This document shows positions 7,109 through 15,110 of a stretch of 25,990 nucleotides of DNA, piece after piece (position 1 is the first letter of the stretch; every line of letters begins with the position of its first letter). The position numbers and the translations under genes are program-made. The notes under the pieces are model-generated. The model saw only the letters and a program-made list of their open reading frames with translations, made no database searches and was not told the origin of the DNA. Location: positions 1 to 25,990 of IMG/VR virus record IMGVR_UViG_3300032328_001501, one strand, 5' to 3'. The stretch is from a virus (lineage: Duplodnaviria; Caudoviricetes).

Positions 7109-8079
7109 AATTCGACATCATTTAGTGGTGAAAAAATGTTTGCTTGTATTGCGGGTGTGGGTGTGCGCTCAATGCGTCCGACCGATTGTTGCTGCAATAA
7201 GGTGGTTGCCGGTGCCGTTCCCCATGGGATTTCGTCGTCGCCTTGCTGCATCTGCATGTTTCCAGGGTAATTTAAGGCTGATGCTACTGCTGCATTTGCA
7301 GGGGCTTGGTTGATTTGCTGTATCTGCGTTGGGGTTCCCGCTGCTACCAGCTTGCCCGTTTGCAGAAATGCGGCAACTACTTCCTGCGTGTTCATCTGAG
7401 GCAGCGCCGATACATCGGTTATTGGCGGTTGCTCCAGCTGTACGCTCCCCAGTGCTGCCTTAAGGCGCTCTTGCTCAAGTAGCTGCTCAATGTCGCTTTG
7501 GAGTACCTGCTTTGGGGGTTCCGACGGACCTTGCGCCGTTGCCAGCTCTCTGTACCTGCTGCCAACAAACTCTTGAATGTCGGACTTGTTTAGGCCGCCA
7601 CCAAACAGCGTGCCTAGCTTTTCAGCGGCATTACTGAGGGCATAGCTGGCTGCCGATGGAAACGCCATCATGACTGCCGCTGCTTTGATTTCAGAAAGGT
7701 TGCCACCCTGCGCACCTGAGTTCAGCTGCACATTGACGGCTCCGGCTCCGTCTTTATGAAGCCAGGTGTTGGTACCTGGTATGCAGTAGTGTAACCGCAC
7801 CTGCACGGCTATGCTGTTAAAAACGTCTTTGTAGGAAACGATTTCGTCCCACCAATACAGCCCGAAGATGCGGGTTAGCAGGAACCTGACTTTGTCGATG
7901 GGCAGGTACTTTAATGGTACGGTTTGATTTCCGCTTTTGACCGTCACGGTGTTGTGGGTTTTCACCCAACTTTGATGCACTGGCTTGTTTAAAAGCTCCA
8001 GCAGGGCATCGTGCTTGAAAAGGTCTTCCTGATGCAGCTCCGCAAGCGTCGGCAGCTGATGGGTTGATGCAACTTGCAT
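7105..8079 (-). CDS. Rad52/Sak-like single-strand annealing protein
   Basis: KYLPIDKVRFLLTRIFG...W, DGAGA, A.SYALSNAAEKLG pattern; long disordered C-terminus. Confidence 0.72.
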   Translation of the reverse strand: MQVASTHQLPTLAELHQEDLFKHDALLELLNKPVHQSWVKTHNTVTVKSGNQTVPLKYLPIDKVRFLLTRIFGLYWWDEIVSYKDVFNSIAVQVRLHYCIPGTNTWLHKDGAGAVNVQLNSGAQGGNLSEIKAAAVMMAFPSAASYALSNAAEKLGTLFGGGLNKSDIQEFVGSRYRELATAQGPSEPPKQVLQSDIEQLLEQERLKAALGSVQLEQPPITDVSALPQMNTQEVVAAFLQTGKLVAAGTPTQIQQINQAPANAAVASALNYPGNMQMQQGDDEIPWGTAPATTLLQQQSVGRIERTPTPAIQANIFSPLNDVEL

Positions 8080-8102
8080 ATATCTACTTTGTGTTTGGTT
8101 AC

Positions 8103-8162
8103 AAAAAAAACCGGTCCCAACTATCTAACAATTCCTCCCCTAAAAAACAACTGTGGGACCGG
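8103..8162 (-). terminator. Putative intrinsic terminator with a long loop
   Basis: CCGGTCCCA...TGGGACCGG 9-bp stem followed by T8 on the minus strand. Confidence 0.5.
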
Positions 8163-8341
8163 GTGCACCGGCATATTTATATCCTTCGGTGCGCACGGAT
8201 GCGCTTAACGGCTGATGTTACGAAACCAGTCGTCTAGTTTTTTTTGCCTGAATATGGCCAGCATTAGCGTGGCAGGGAAAAAGACAATGGCTGTTATTAT
8301 GGCTTTTATTATCATATGTGAATGGTGGCGCAAGGCCTTTG

Positions 8342-8413
8342 CATGCAAGGGCGGATTCGAACCGCCACCTTTTGACTGATGTCAAATGCTCTCCCGTGTT
8401 AAGCTACTTACAA
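8342..8413 (-). tRNA. tRNA-like element or pseudo-tRNA, no assignable anticodon
   Basis: Acceptor TTGTAAG/CTTGCAT, TA, D arm GCTT..GAGC, stem TTTGA/TCAAA with a 6-nt loop CATCAG, T arm GGCGG-TTCGAAT-CCGCC; no CCA. Confidence 0.65.
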
Positions 8414-8602
8414 TACGATGCTTCTGCTGGCAGCAGATTACTTCGTTTCGTCCTCGTCCTCGTCGGGGCAAAAGCCTCTTGGATTTTACTCATGGTTTTG
8501 AGTTTTATGGAGTGAAAAAAAGAAATGACCAGGTTGTAAAGGGCAATCAAGCCGATGATGATTAGCATATAAAAATGGTTAATGGTTACTACAATGGGGG
8601 GA

Positions 8603-9061
8603 TTATACGTTAAGTACGATTTCGTGGATGGTGGCGCTTTTGTACTCAGCCTTGGCGCGGCAATCTTCTAATGCTGTTTGTGCCGCCTCGATTGTAACAT
8701 AAGGGCCAAACACCCAGGACTTTCCGCTTATGTTTTCCATCCTTATAACCCACTCGGTAACGGGGGCCATAAATAGGTCCAGGCTGTCATTCTTGCCGTA
8801 GCGCTTAATGGCTCCTGCTACCTGGCCCACTTTGACGATACCAGCGATATGCATCAGCAACATGAAATTGGTTAGCCCCATCGGCCTGCACGTGGCTTTT
8901 AGGTTGGTCTTGTACCGCCCCGCCTTAGCATTGTACCGCATGCACTGCACGGTACTGCCTTCAACGATTACTATCGGGGCCAACATTTCGGACTTAGAAA
9001 AATGACCTCCGCGGTCTTGAAAGCCAAAGGCCTCCATAAATTCAATGATTTCAGTTTGCAT
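8603..9061 (-). CDS. Hypothetical protein
   Basis: 152 aa ORF overlapping the upstream gene in the operon. Confidence 0.75.
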   Translation of the reverse strand: MQTEIIEFMEAFGFQDRGGHFSKSEMLAPIVIVEGSTVQCMRYNAKAGRYKTNLKATCRPMGLTNFMLLMHIAGIVKVGQVAGAIKRYGKNDSLDLFMAPVTEWVIRMENISGKSWVFGPYVTIEAAQTALEDCRAKAEYKSATIHEIVLNV

Positions 9062-9263
9062 GCAATTGTTGTTTTAGGGTTTTAGTAGAATTTTTTTCCA
9101 GTACTTTTTCAATGTCTTCGACATCGTACATCACCACGCGGTTGCCCGTTAGGTAGCTGTAGTTGATGCCCAGTTTATCGCGGTGGTGGATAAGCGCCTG
9201 CCGGGTGATGCCCAGCCACTGCAATGCATCGGCCTCACTGATCCACTTGCTTTGATGCTTCAT
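9051..9263 (-). CDS. Excisionase-like (MerR/HTH_17) DNA-binding protein
   Basis: WISEADALQWLGITRQAL...VMYDVEDIEKVLE pattern, 70 aa. Confidence 0.75.
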   Translation of the reverse strand: MKHQSKWISEADALQWLGITRQALIHHRDKLGINYSYLTGNRVVMYDVEDIEKVLEKNSTKTLKQQLHAN

Positions 9264-9414
9264 TTATCTCGCGTTTTAAGTCCTCGAATAGCTGCCGGCC
9301 GATGGTTAAGGCAATCTGCCTTCCTTTTTCGTACTCGGTTTTGCCCGGTGTGCAGCGGTCGATACACCTGGTCAAAAAGTCAATTTTGTCGGTTATGGCT
9401 GTTTCAATGTTCAT
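9235..9414 (-). CDS. Small hypothetical protein (59 aa)
   Basis: Manual translation MNIETAITDKIDFLTRC...KQVDQ*; start overlaps the upstream stop. Confidence 0.6.
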   Translation of the reverse strand: MNIETAITDKIDFLTRCIDRCTPGKTEYEKGRQIALTIGRQLFEDLKREINEASKQVDQ

Positions 9415-9620
9415 AGCCTGCTTTGCGCCTCCTTGATGCGGTGCTTTCGTGCGATGTAAAAATTGTTGATGGCGTGAAACACATTCTCGCTCATTTTGCC
9501 ATTTTTTATGGCCAGCTTGACCGTTTCGGCATGGATGCCGTTTCCCTCGGCTATTTTTTTAAAATCGCCATGCTCGCGGTAACTGTTCCACTCTTTTATT
9601 GTTTCTGCTGAAACTGTCAT
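9411..9620 (-). CDS. Small Cro-like/HTH hypothetical protein
   Basis: MTVSAETIKEW...GDFKKIAEGNGIHAETVKLAIKNG; ATG coupled to the antirepressor stop (TAATG). Confidence 0.65.
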   Translation of the reverse strand: MTVSAETIKEWNSYREHGDFKKIAEGNGIHAETVKLAIKNGKMSENVFHAINNFYIARKHRIKEAQSRL

Positions 9621-10573
9621 TATACTATTGGTTTTATTTGATATACTCGTTTTACTTTGTCGCCCAACCTTACACATTTTGATTTGCCAAAAAATTCGCC
9701 CAGAGCTACGGTAATATGGTAGCGACTGAGGCCGTCTCCGCAATACCTTATGGCATCGGTACTGGTCATGTAGTGGGTTTCGCTTTTTTCGAAAAGCTGC
9801 AATACTGTTTGCCGGGCTGGTAGCAGCAGGGGGTTGTTGCCCATTAAAGCAAGCCGTGCTGCTATGCGGTTTTGCCTTGCTCCTATAATGTAACTGCGAA
9901 GGGTGCGACCTACTTCGCTGCGCTGGAACATGCATATCTCTTTAGCCATGTCAAGTGTGAGGTAGTAATCGGCAAGTGGAAGCCTGTCGCTGCCAGCCCT
10001 GCACACCTCCATGTAATCAACATCATTTATATATCCGATAGAAAAAACGCTTTTGAGCCAGTCTTTGATTTCGCGCTGAATGCCAAGGGCGGTGTGCAGC
10101 GCCCGTGCGCTTATAACCTGCATTGATTTGTAATCGATGATCTCAATGGTTGGTGTAGGCTTTTCTACTTCTTTAACCACTGGCCTGCTTTCTACTTCTG
10201 AAAAATACCTCCTGATGGTTTCCCCGGCTTCGGTGCGAGCCATCATGGCCAGGCGTTTTGCAAAGGAGAGGGAGAGGAGGTAGTCGGTGGTGGGTCGGCC
10301 ACCTTTCGAAGCGGGGAGGGGGTTTTCGTCATGTTGACGAGAACCTGTTTGGGGGTTTTCGCCCTTAGGGTGAGAACCTGTTTGGGGCTTTTCACCCTTA
10401 GTGCGAACTTCTACCCAGTCCTCATTTTCGAAAGCCCATTTGGCGTTTACAATATTTACCCTTGCCCATTTCGCATAGTGGGCCTTATTATACCCCAAGC
10501 CTTTATGCAGCGCAATAGCGCTTACCGCCCTTTGTCCGTTGTCTTTTTTTACTATTTGTGGTAACATGGTCAT
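9620..10573 (-). CDS. Phage antirepressor with two tandem AntA/AntB-like domains
   Basis: VSAIALHKGLG...DYLLSLSFAKRLAM...GETIRRYF and ISARALHTALG...DYYLTLDMAKEICM...GRTLRSYI. Confidence 0.88.
   Translation of the reverse strand: MTMLPQIVKKDNGQRAVSAIALHKGLGYNKAHYAKWARVNIVNAKWAFENEDWVEVRTKGEKPQTGSHPKGENPQTGSRQHDENPLPASKGGRPTTDYLLSLSFAKRLAMMARTEAGETIRRYFSEVESRPVVKEVEKPTPTIEIIDYKSMQVISARALHTALGIQREIKDWLKSVFSIGYINDVDYMEVCRAGSDRLPLADYYLTLDMAKEICMFQRSEVGRTLRSYIIGARQNRIAARLALMGNNPLLLPARQTVLQLFEKSETHYMTSTDAIRYCGDGLSRYHITVALGEFFGKSKCVRLGDKVKRVYQIKPIV
10339..10404. repeat. In-frame 33-bp tandem duplication in the antirepressor
   Basis: GAGAACCTGTTTGGGGGTTTTCGCCCTTAGGGT / GAGAACCTGTTTGGGGCTTTTCACCCTTAGTGC, encoding KGE[KN]PQTGS twice. 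Confidence 0.85.
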
Positions 10574-10700
10574 TAATTTTTTCCAACCGCTTGCATTTTG
10601 CTTTTCGGCGTATTATATTTATCCGTGCTTTGACAAAGATGGGAAAACAATTTCCCTAAAAGCACAAATTTTTTTGTGCAAAGAAAAAAAATATAAAATT

Positions 10701-11300
10701 TTGAAAACAAAGGCTGAAATAATAGAGAATATCAAAAGCAGTGGCATGCCACTTTTGAAAATTTCTAAAGAAAATGGGGTGCCAAACAGTACATTAGATA
10801 AATGGGTGAGGGGTGTCTCTAAACCAGACTTAGAAGTTTTGCTCAAAATAGACGAATTTTTGTCTAATAAGGAAAACAGTAAATCGTTAAAATTTGCTGG
10901 TTCTACGCTAAATGCCAATGCAATACCAGTATTTTCGGAGATAAATCCGGCTTCCACAAACGATAGCGGAAGTAAAAACAAGGTCCCGATGGCTTTTCTA
11001 CCAAATAGTATGTTTCCCAATTGCGACCATGCGCAGAGAGTATCTGGCAACAGCATGTACCCTCGGATTATCAACCAAGGGTATGTCATAGGCAAAGTGC
11101 TTGATAAAACTAAATCAATTGCGTCTGGCGAAATCTATGGTATCCACTTTAACTCCCAATCGCTCATTAGATATCTTCACGACTGCACAGACACCGAGTT
11201 TATGCTGCGTGGCGAAAGCCAATCGGCGCCGGAATTTAAAATCAGCAGGGCTGATGTGGATATGATTTTCCGCGTTTTATTCATACTTAACCCAGCATAA
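10701..11300 (+). CDS. CI-like repressor (XRE HTH plus S24-like C-terminal domain)
   Basis: ISKENGVPNSTLDKWVRGVSKPD HTH; RVSGNSMYP; divergent from the antirepressor operon. Start inferred at TTG 10701. Confidence 0.85.
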   Translation: MKTKAEIIENIKSSGMPLLKISKENGVPNSTLDKWVRGVSKPDLEVLLKIDEFLSNKENSKSLKFAGSTLNANAIPVFSEINPASTNDSGSKNKVPMAFLPNSMFPNCDHAQRVSGNSMYPRIINQGYVIGKVLDKTKSIASGEIYGIHFNSQSLIRYLHDCTDTEFMLRGESQSAPEFKISRADVDMIFRVLFILNPA

Positions 11301-11301
11301 C

Positions 11302-11652
11302 ATGAAAACACTCGTATTGATTGCAGCGTTAGCGCTGACTGGCTGCGCTTCGCAGCAGAAGGTGGCAGAAAGCCTGAAAGGCACAGACATTGCCGAGATT
11401 GTGCGCCAGTACGGCCCGCCCACCAGCAAAACAGACGACGCCAACGGGGGCGAGATATACACCTATGCTTCTCAGGGCAGCAACCCTTTTACGGGGCAGG
11501 CCATGATGGTGTACGAGCACATTTATGTTGGCCCCGACCGCAAGGTTTACCACTACATGAAAAACAGTGAAAACGTGGCACCTACCCAGGTGCAACAAGT
11601 AAAGCCATACAAAGCTCCGCCAGTTAGTACCGCCACTGGATACGGCAACTAG
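11302..11652 (+). CDS. Lipoprotein co-transcribed with the repressor
   Basis: Signal peptide MKTLVLIAALALTG-C with lipobox; YGPP motif. Confidence 0.8.
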   Translation: MKTLVLIAALALTGCASQQKVAESLKGTDIAEIVRQYGPPTSKTDDANGGEIYTYASQGSNPFTGQAMMVYEHIYVGPDRKVYHYMKNSENVAPTQVQQVKPYKAPPVSTATGYGN

Positions 11653-12698
11653 CCCCACTTCTCCATTTCTTTGTCCACCCTTTGGTTTATGATTTTGTAG
11701 TAAATCATGGTGGTGCGCAGGTCGCTATGCCCCAGCAACTTGCTTGCCACTTCTGCACTGATGCCAAAATTGGCGCACTGCACCGCAAACGTATGCCGCC
11801 CGGTATGAAAGGTTAGCGGTTTATCAATGCCGCACACATGGGCAATAGCCTTTAGGTATTGGTTGCATTTTTGGTTACTGAATACCGGCACCGCTGGCCA
11901 CGTGTTGATCAGGTTTTGAATGCGCTCGTTCACTTTGATGCTTACCACTTCGCCCGTCTTGGTGGTGTAGAGTATCAATCGGCCTTCTTGTATTTGCTTG
12001 CCAAAGTCTAATGCCGCCACGTCGCTGTACCTCAGCCCGGTGTAGCAGCTGAACAAAAACCACTTGGCCACGTGCATCAGGGTGGGCGCATTTTCCATGG
12101 CCGCAACGGCCGCTATTTCATCCATCGTAAGCCAGGTGCGCTGCGGGTTGAGCTTGGCCGGTTTGGTGTAGATATCGAAAGGGTTGGTGCTGATCTGCTG
12201 GTGCTTGACTGCATCGTGCATTACTGCACTCACAAACGACACGCGTTTTAAAACGCCTGGTCCATTGCAGCCATCCTGCCTGCACCAGTCTTCGTAATTT
12301 AGCAACCATGCCGGGGTTAGCTTATCCAGCGTTACCAGCTCGTCAAACCGAAGTACTTGCCGCAGCATGGATTGATAAGCCCGCATGGTGTTGCGGCTCT
12401 TGGTGCGCTCCCATCTGCCCATGCACTCAATTGCATACCGCTTGAACGTTATGGCGCTGCTGAGTGCCTCGGGTGCCGCTGTTGCCGCTTGCACCAACTT
12501 CAGCGCCAGCATCTTGTTTATCTGTGCCGCCTGTGGATGGCTGGGTTTTACTTTCTGCTTATCCCGGTCCCACTGTTCAGGTTTTAGCTTGATGCCCAAC
12601 GCCTCAAAGCGCCGGGTGGATTTGTCGCGGTAAACGATGCGCAAAAGGCATAGGCCGCTTTTGTCGGGCCGGTTCCGCAGCTCGTAGCTTATTGTCAT
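11649..12698 (-). CDS. int: Tyrosine integrase (Bacteroidota type with N-terminal arm-binding domain)
   Basis: TGLRYSD, KT, FHTGRHTF, LLGHSDLRTTMIY catalytic motifs. Confidence 0.96.
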   Translation of the reverse strand: MTISYELRNRPDKSGLCLLRIVYRDKSTRRFEALGIKLKPEQWDRDKQKVKPSHPQAAQINKMLALKLVQAATAAPEALSSAITFKRYAIECMGRWERTKSRNTMRAYQSMLRQVLRFDELVTLDKLTPAWLLNYEDWCRQDGCNGPGVLKRVSFVSAVMHDAVKHQQISTNPFDIYTKPAKLNPQRTWLTMDEIAAVAAMENAPTLMHVAKWFLFSCYTGLRYSDVAALDFGKQIQEGRLILYTTKTGEVVSIKVNERIQNLINTWPAVPVFSNQKCNQYLKAIAHVCGIDKPLTFHTGRHTFAVQCANFGISAEVASKLLGHSDLRTTMIYYKIINQRVDKEMEKWG

Positions 12699-12702
12699 AC
12701 AG

Positions 12703-12777
12703 TTGGGTGCTATTGGGTGCTAAATTGGGTGCTAAAGTAGCAAATAACTATTGACAAGTATTGACAACTATTTACAA
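12703..12777. repeat. attP arm-type and accessory repeats
   Basis: TTGGGTGCTA at 12703, 12713 and 12725; (C/G)TATT(G/T)ACAA three times with 10-bp period at 12748-12777; related TGGGTG sites at 12864-12881 across the core. Confidence 0.75.
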
Positions 12778-12817
12778 AAAAGCCTGAATACCAGTGTTTT
12801 ACGTTGATATTCAGGCT
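12776..12817 (-). terminator. Intrinsic terminator downstream of the att core
   Basis: AGCCTGAATA...TATTCAGGCT 10-bp stem followed by a T run on the minus strand. Confidence 0.7.
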
Positions 12818-12822
12818 GTGGG

Positions 12823-12840
12823 GTGGAGCTGCAGGGAGTC
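12823..12840 (-). mobile_element. attP core resembling the 3' end of tmRNA (ssrA)
   Basis: Minus strand GACTCCCTGCAGCTCCAC: half T-loop, T-stem and Ala-type acceptor strand. Confidence 0.75.
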
Positions 12841-12841
12841 T

Positions 12842-13069
12842 CTACGTCTTGATGGGCGTGTATTTGGGTGGCATGGGTGCAATCTTAACCTCGCAGTTCA
12901 GCGCCTCGGCTACCGATACCAATTTTGCCAGCTGGGTGCCTTTCCCTTGCTCCAGCTCACTCAATGTGGGCCTGCTGATGCCGGCAATGAGACATAGTTG
13001 CTCGTGCGTTAGCTGCTGCGCCTTGCGCCGTTTAGCGATTTGTAGGCCTATTTTTTTGAGTGGTTCCAT
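12842..13069 (-). CDS. XRE-family HTH protein
   Basis: IAKRRKAQQLTHEQLCLIAGISRPTLSELEQGK. Confidence 0.9.
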   Translation of the reverse strand: MEPLKKIGLQIAKRRKAQQLTHEQLCLIAGISRPTLSELEQGKGTQLAKLVSVAEALNCEVKIAPMPPKYTPIKT

Positions 13070-13248
13070 TAACCCAGGATTTTAAAGTTATCGCCTTTCC
13101 GCTCGCCCTTGGCGATAAGCCAAAAGCAAATGATTAGGCAGAAAAATACAGTGCTGACGATTTTTGTTTGTAACACTGTGTTTGTTGACCATACGGCCGC
13201 GGCTGCCAAGATACTGGCGCTGATGTTGAAAACCTTGATACGTTTCAT
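13069..13248 (-). CDS. Small membrane protein (59 aa)
   Basis: Manual translation MKRIKVFNISASILAAAAVW...VFFCLIICFWLIAK...ILG*; TAATG coupling to the next gene. Confidence 0.65.
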   Translation of the reverse strand: MKRIKVFNISASILAAAAVWSTNTVLQTKIVSTVFFCLIICFWLIAKGERKGDNFKILG

Positions 13249-13250
13249 GT

Positions 13251-13520
13251 TTAGTGGGGGTTTTTGGTTACTGTGATGGTAATTTTTAATTCAGAACCGG
13301 GTGGCGGGTCACTTTCCTTTTCAACCCTAGTGGTGTACTTGCGCTGGCGGTAGTTGTATGACTTGTAGACGTGCTTGCCGCAGACCTTATCAATGGCCGC
13401 TTCATACGTCTTCCTGAGCTGTGCCAGTGCCTTCAACGCCTTGCCCTCAGTGGTTGTAAACTCCGCTGAGTAGATTGAAGACGTGGCGACGATGGTAACC
13501 TGGTGTTCATTCTTTTTCAT
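13251..13520 (-). CDS. Hypothetical early protein
   Basis: 89 aa ORF, tightly packed in the operon. Confidence 0.7.
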   Translation of the reverse strand: MKKNEHQVTIVATSSIYSAEFTTTEGKALKALAQLRKTYEAAIDKVCGKHVYKSYNYRQRKYTTRVEKESDPPPGSELKITITVTKNPH

Positions 13521-13523
13521 GGC

Positions 13524-13754
13524 TTATGGATTAATGGTGAATAATGCGGTGATTTTTTGGCTCCCAGTAGTGGGCGCTGTGTCCATGGCGTCTACCCTAA
13601 AGCCGTGGGCGTACATCGCGGCCTCAATGGCTGCGTCTGTCCTCTCTGATGCCCTCGCGGCCTTCATGGCGGCTAAGTAGTTCATCTGGGCTGCCACACA
13701 TAACGCGGTCACTAGCGTTAGCAGGGTTACGACTGTGATTTTGATTGCTTTCAT
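13524..13754 (-). CDS. Hypothetical protein with N-terminal hydrophobic segment
   Basis: 76 aa ORF. Confidence 0.7.
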   Translation of the reverse strand: MKAIKITVVTLLTLVTALCVAAQMNYLAAMKAARASERTDAAIEAAMYAHGFRVDAMDTAPTTGSQKITALFTINP

Positions 13755-13800
13755 GTTGGTTGATTTGTGCAGCCTTACGGGGCTGCGTTTTGGTTGATTG

Positions 13801-14310
13801 TTATTTAGCCAAAAGCTCCTGACACCTCTTTTTTAAAATTGGATACATGCTTCGCGGCGCACCCATATTCACGCACTTGTTGCCAAGATACGTTCTGAAC
13901 TGATGGCTGTTCTTTTCGGCTTTCTTTGCCAAATATTTAGCCGCTTTATCAACGTCGCAGAACGCTGCAATAGTTTCCAATCCAGCTGCGTCAATCGCCG
14001 CGTTAAACGCCAGCTCTTGGTCAACCAGTTCAGTAAGTTTTGTTGATATTGGAATCTTCTTCCACTCTAGCTCTTCAGCTATGCTTTTGTAAGAAGCAAC
14101 CCAAACCCTTATTCTTGTTTTAGCAGTTGCGCCAGTGGTGCCTTTTTTGCGTAGCCAAAGGTCTTTTGGGTTGCCGTTGAATCCACCAAAGTTAACCCAC
14201 ACCTTACCGGTTTCGGTTTCTTTAACCTCAAGACCTTGCGTGTTGCTCACCTCTTTTAGCGCAAGAAGACCTTCCTCAGACCATACTTTAGATACTGTAA
14301 TTGTTGTCAT
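13801..14310 (-). CDS. Hypothetical early protein
   Basis: 169 aa ORF with an A-rich leader. Confidence 0.8.
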   Translation of the reverse strand: MTTITVSKVWSEEGLLALKEVSNTQGLEVKETETGKVWVNFGGFNGNPKDLWLRKKGTTGATAKTRIRVWVASYKSIAEELEWKKIPISTKLTELVDQELAFNAAIDAAGLETIAAFCDVDKAAKYLAKKAEKNSHQFRTYLGNKCVNMGAPRSMYPILKKRCQELLAK

Positions 14311-14398
14311 GTTTTTTTGTTTTTAACCAGCGACCTGCTGGCACCGCCAAACCCCGCGCCGGGGGAGGCTGCGGGGTGGTGTGTGGGTGTGGGCTTGC

Positions 14399-14848
14399 CT
14401 ACAACTTGCCTTCATCAGCAAAGCTGTAATAACCGTCCTCGGGCGTGATGATGACGTGATCAAGTATTTTAATGTCCATAATCAATCCGGCTTGCTTAAC
14501 CTTCTCCGTCAGCCTAATATCCTCATCACTGGGCCGCAGGTTACCGCTGGGATGGTTGTGGCATAGCACCATGCCCGTGGCAAGGCATTCGAGCGCCTTA
14601 TGGAATATCAACCGCACATCTACTACGGTGCCGGTTATGCCGCCTTGACTGGCTTTGTACCAACCAATGGTGTTATTGGCCCTATTGAGGAATACGACCA
14701 TGAAAGACTCGTACACCTCAACACCTTCCCATATCCGGTGGAAAAAGTCATTGATGTCCTTGGACGACCGCACATGGATTTTGTTGATGGTAGCTTTCTT
14801 CATTTCTACTTTCAGCTCGGGGCAGGGGGATTTGAATTGCTTTGTCAT
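14399..14848 (-). CDS. RadC-like JAB/MPN domain protein
   Basis: E..., HNHPSG...S..D, LDHVII motifs. Confidence 0.93.
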   Translation of the reverse strand: MTKQFKSPCPELKVEMKKATINKIHVRSSKDINDFFHRIWEGVEVYESFMVVFLNRANNTIGWYKASQGGITGTVVDVRLIFHKALECLATGMVLCHNHPSGNLRPSDEDIRLTEKVKQAGLIMDIKILDHVIITPEDGYYSFADEGKL

Positions 14849-14870
14849 TGTGGTTGTTTTAGGGGGTTGA

Positions 14871-15086
14871 TTACTTGGTTTGTGTTAAGCCTTGGCCGTA
14901 CTGAAATGTGAACCTGGCTGTCTCGCTGCCGCCTTGGCTCACCGTAGCCCAAAGGGTTTCGGTGGTTGGCCTGTGCTCGTAGGCCTTGGCTAGCTTGAAT
15001 TCAATGTAGTCCGGCGCTACATTGAGGGTCGTGGCAACGCTATCAAATTGGTAGCTGCCTTCGTAGAAATTGACTGTGGTTTGCAT
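14871..15086 (-). CDS. Hypothetical early protein
   Basis: 71 aa ORF. Confidence 0.65.
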   Translation of the reverse strand: MQTTVNFYEGSYQFDSVATTLNVAPDYIEFKLAKAYEHRPTTETLWATVSQGGSETARFTFQYGQGLTQTK

Positions 15087-15094
15087 GGTGGAGA

Positions 15095-15109
15095 GTTAAA
15101 CGGTTTGAC
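15095..15109. promoter_or_regulatory. Palindrome copy 3 (1 mismatch)
   Basis: GTTAAACGGTTTGAC in a 24-nt intergenic gap. Confidence 0.6.
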
Positions 15110-15110
15110 T

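Noticed and set aside
9621-9935. N-terminal extension of ORF 9411..9935
   Set aside because: It overlaps the antirepressor in another frame; ATG 9620 coupled to the antirepressor stop is the more plausible start.
10539-10700. N-terminal extension of the repressor ORF
   Set aside because: It overlaps the divergent gene start and the AT-rich control region; the HTH begins just after TTG 10701.
11649-12698. Integrase as the integron integrase for the cassette array
   Set aside because: It has an N-terminal arm-binding region, no evident IntI-specific insertion, and its own adjacent attP with arm repeats 8 kb from the array.
14330-14380. GC-rich hairpins between early genes (also 13769-13786)
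   Set aside because: The stems are real but lack a clear U-tract or shared sequence, so no function can be assigned.
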